A DNA stretch of 29,869 nucleotides from Candidatus Methylomirabilia bacterium (GTDB lineage: Bacteria > Methylomirabilota > Methylomirabilia > Rokubacteriales > CSP1-6). The DNA lies in contig JBGQHJ010000049.1 in the NCBI GenBank assembly GCA_041497895.1, positions 1-29,869 on the forward strand. The letters are read 5' to 3'. Shown piece after piece: positions 28,269-29,869 of this stretch. Under the pieces are notes generated by a model. The model was given only the letters and a program-made list of their open reading frames with translations, searched no databases and had not been told where the DNA came from. The translations under genes were made by a program, and so were the position numbers. The stretch's first letter is position 1; every line of letters starts with the position of its first letter.

Positions 28269-28894
28269 CCGCGTCGGCCGCGCCGCTGGTGTTCGTCGTG
28301 GACGACGACGCGTCGGTCCGCAAGAGCCTGGTGAGGCTCATCAAGGCCGCCGGGTACGAGGCCGAGGCCTTCGGCTCGGTCGGGGACTTCCTGGCCCGCC
28401 GCCCCTACGACGGCCCGTGCTGCCTGGTCCTGGACGTGCGCATGCCGGGACGGACCGGGCTCGACCTGCAGGAGGCCCTCCGGGCCGCGGGGCAGCGGCT
28501 GTCGATCGTCTTCATCACGGGCTACCGCGACGTCCCGGTGAGCGTCAAGGCCATGAAGGCGGGCGCGGTCGATTTCCTCACGAAGCCCGTGGACGAGGGC
28601 ACCCTTCTGGGGGCGATCGAGCAGGCGGTGGCCCGAACGCTCGCGGACCGCCGGCGGCAGGCCCGGCTGACGGAGATCCAGAGCCGCATCGCGACCTTGA
28701 CCCCCCGGGAGGCGGCGGTCTTCGCCCTGGTGGTGACCGGGATGCTGAACAAGCAGATCGGGTCCGATCTCGGCATCGGCGAGAAGACGGTCAAGGTGCA
28801 CCGCGCCCGGGTCATGGAGAAGATGCAGGCGGGGTCCCTCGCGGAGCTGGTCCGACTCGCCGGCGAAGCGAACGTGATCGCGGCGCGATCGTGA
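28265..28894 (+). CDS. FixJ/NodW-type response regulator (receiver plus LuxR HTH)
   Basis: GTGA overlap with the kinase stop. VFVVDDD, CLVLDVRMPG, AMKAGAVDFLTKP and LTPRE..GMLNKQI..LGIGEKTVKVHRARVMEKM. Confidence 0.95.
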   Translation: MTASAAPLVFVVDDDASVRKSLVRLIKAAGYEAEAFGSVGDFLARRPYDGPCCLVLDVRMPGRTGLDLQEALRAAGQRLSIVFITGYRDVPVSVKAMKAGAVDFLTKPVDEGTLLGAIEQAVARTLADRRRQARLTEIQSRIATLTPREAAVFALVVTGMLNKQIGSDLGIGEKTVKVHRARVMEKMQAGSLAELVRLAGEANVIAARS

Positions 28895-28904
28895 CCCGGG
28901 GGGA

Positions 28905-28948
28905 TGGGACCAAGGTCCACTACTCCTCCCGCCCCCATCCTGTAGGAT
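28905..28948 (+). promoter_or_regulatory. Palindromic operator copy 4 plus -10 hexamer
   Basis: TGGGACCAAGGTCCACTAC (28905-28923), a 19-nt spacer, then TAGGAT (28943-28948). Confidence 0.8.
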
Positions 28949-28969
28949 CGACTCGAGTGCCCTTATGTC

Positions 28970-29353
28970 ATGCCCAAGCCCACCCCGATGATCTCGATCG
29001 TAGACGACGACCTGTCGGTGCGCCGCGCGCTCCGTCGGCTGGTCCTGTCGGCCGGCTATGTCGTCGAGACGTTCGCGTCGGCCCGGGAGTTCCTGGCCGC
29101 GACGCCGCCGGCCCGCCCGGCGTGCCTCGTCCTGGATATCTACCTGGACGGGATGAATGGATTCGAGCTCCAGGAGCAGCTGGCCGCGGACCGGGTCACG
29201 ATCCCGATCATCTTCATGACCGCCCACGACGATGCGGCGACCCGCGAGCGCATCCGCCGATCCGGCGCGGCGGGATATCTCGGGAAGCCGTTCGACGGCC
29301 AGGCCTTGCTCGACGCCATCCACCGGGTAGCCGGTCCGGGCGAGGCGGACTGA
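28970..29353 (+). CDS. Single-domain response regulator (receiver only)
   Basis: ISIVDDD, CLVLDI, IIFMTAH and YLGKPF, with no output domain. Confidence 0.92.
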   Translation: MPKPTPMISIVDDDLSVRRALRRLVLSAGYVVETFASAREFLAATPPARPACLVLDIYLDGMNGFELQEQLAADRVTIPIIFMTAHDDAATRERIRRSGAAGYLGKPFDGQALLDAIHRVAGPGEAD

Positions 29354-29464
29354 TATCCGGGTCGCGGCCCCGGCGGGCAATCCGCCGCTGCGCCAACCAT
29401 CGCGCGATCTCCTCGACCGCGATCCGGCCGTAGGCCCTTCTCCCCTTCCGGGGGGCTGGCGCGG

Positions 29465-29869
29465 TCAGTCGAGGGGGCGGTGCAGGAGCCCCCACCGCCG
29501 GAGCATGTTGTGCAGCGTCTTGGTGCTGATCTCGAGCCGATCGGCGGCCCGGGTCTTGTTGTTGTGCTCGACGGCCAGCGTCCGTAGCACGAACTGCCTT
29601 TCGACGTCACGGAGGGACAGGCCGATCGGGACGGTGAAGGCATCGGGATCGACGGCCCGGGCGGCGACCGTGGTGACCGGCGTGCCCGGCCGGATCGTCA
29701 GGGTGATCAGGCTGCCGTCGCAGCCGACGAACGCGCGCTCCACCACGTTGCGGAGCTCGCGCACGTTCCCGGGCCACGCGTGCGACATGAGGATCGCGAG
29801 CGTGGGGTCGTCCACGCCGGTGATGCGCTTGTCGTACTTGCGGTTGAACTCCTCGATGAAGCCGGTGAC
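29465..29869 (-). CDS. 3' part of a sigma54-dependent (NtrC-family) transcriptional activator
   Basis: WPGNVRELRNVVERA AAA+ motif and Fis-type HTH NNKTRAADRLEISTKTLHNML. The frame is open to the window edge. Confidence 0.93.
   Translation of the reverse strand, partial: VTGFIEEFNRKYDKRITGVDDPTLAILMSHAWPGNVRELRNVVERAFVGCDGSLITLTIRPGTPVTTVAARAVDPDAFTVPIGLSLRDVERQFVLRTLAVEHNNKTRAADRLEISTKTLHNMLRRWGLLHRPLD

Noticed and set aside
26892..28894. Naming the pair fixL/fixJ
   Set aside because: The kinase lacks the heme-PAS domain that defines FixL, so only family-level similarity is supported.

Overview
High-GC, gene-dense bacterial chromosomal window. The gene mix resembles soil lineages such as Rokubacteria/Methylomirabilota, but that is an impression only. 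Positions 1-6.2 kb hold an amidohydrolase divergent from a flavin-dependent catabolic cluster. Positions 6.3-12.2 kb hold envelope and stress genes: an HhH protein, two collagen-like lipoproteins (one with an OmpA domain), MscS, a tetraheme cytochrome c and a cupin, with three sigma54-type promoters. The middle holds a P-type ATPase, a B12-radical SAM enzyme, a ModA-like binding protein, an SRPBCC protein and a CoA transferase. Positions 19.6-29.9 kb hold small unknown genes, groES-groEL, ppk1, a histidine kinase with a FixJ-like regulator and a lone receiver, and the 3' end of an NtrC-type activator. The main non-obvious signal is a 19-bp motif, T(T/G)GGAC(C/T)WWGGTCCACTAC, found in four intergenic regions at a near-fixed distance from a TAnnnT -10 hexamer. 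This suggests a local regulon of the adjacent FixJ-like system that includes groESL and ppk1. The second main signal is two adjacent lipoproteins, each with 17 uninterrupted Gly-X-Y triplets. No rRNA, tRNA, CRISPR array or mobile element was recognised.
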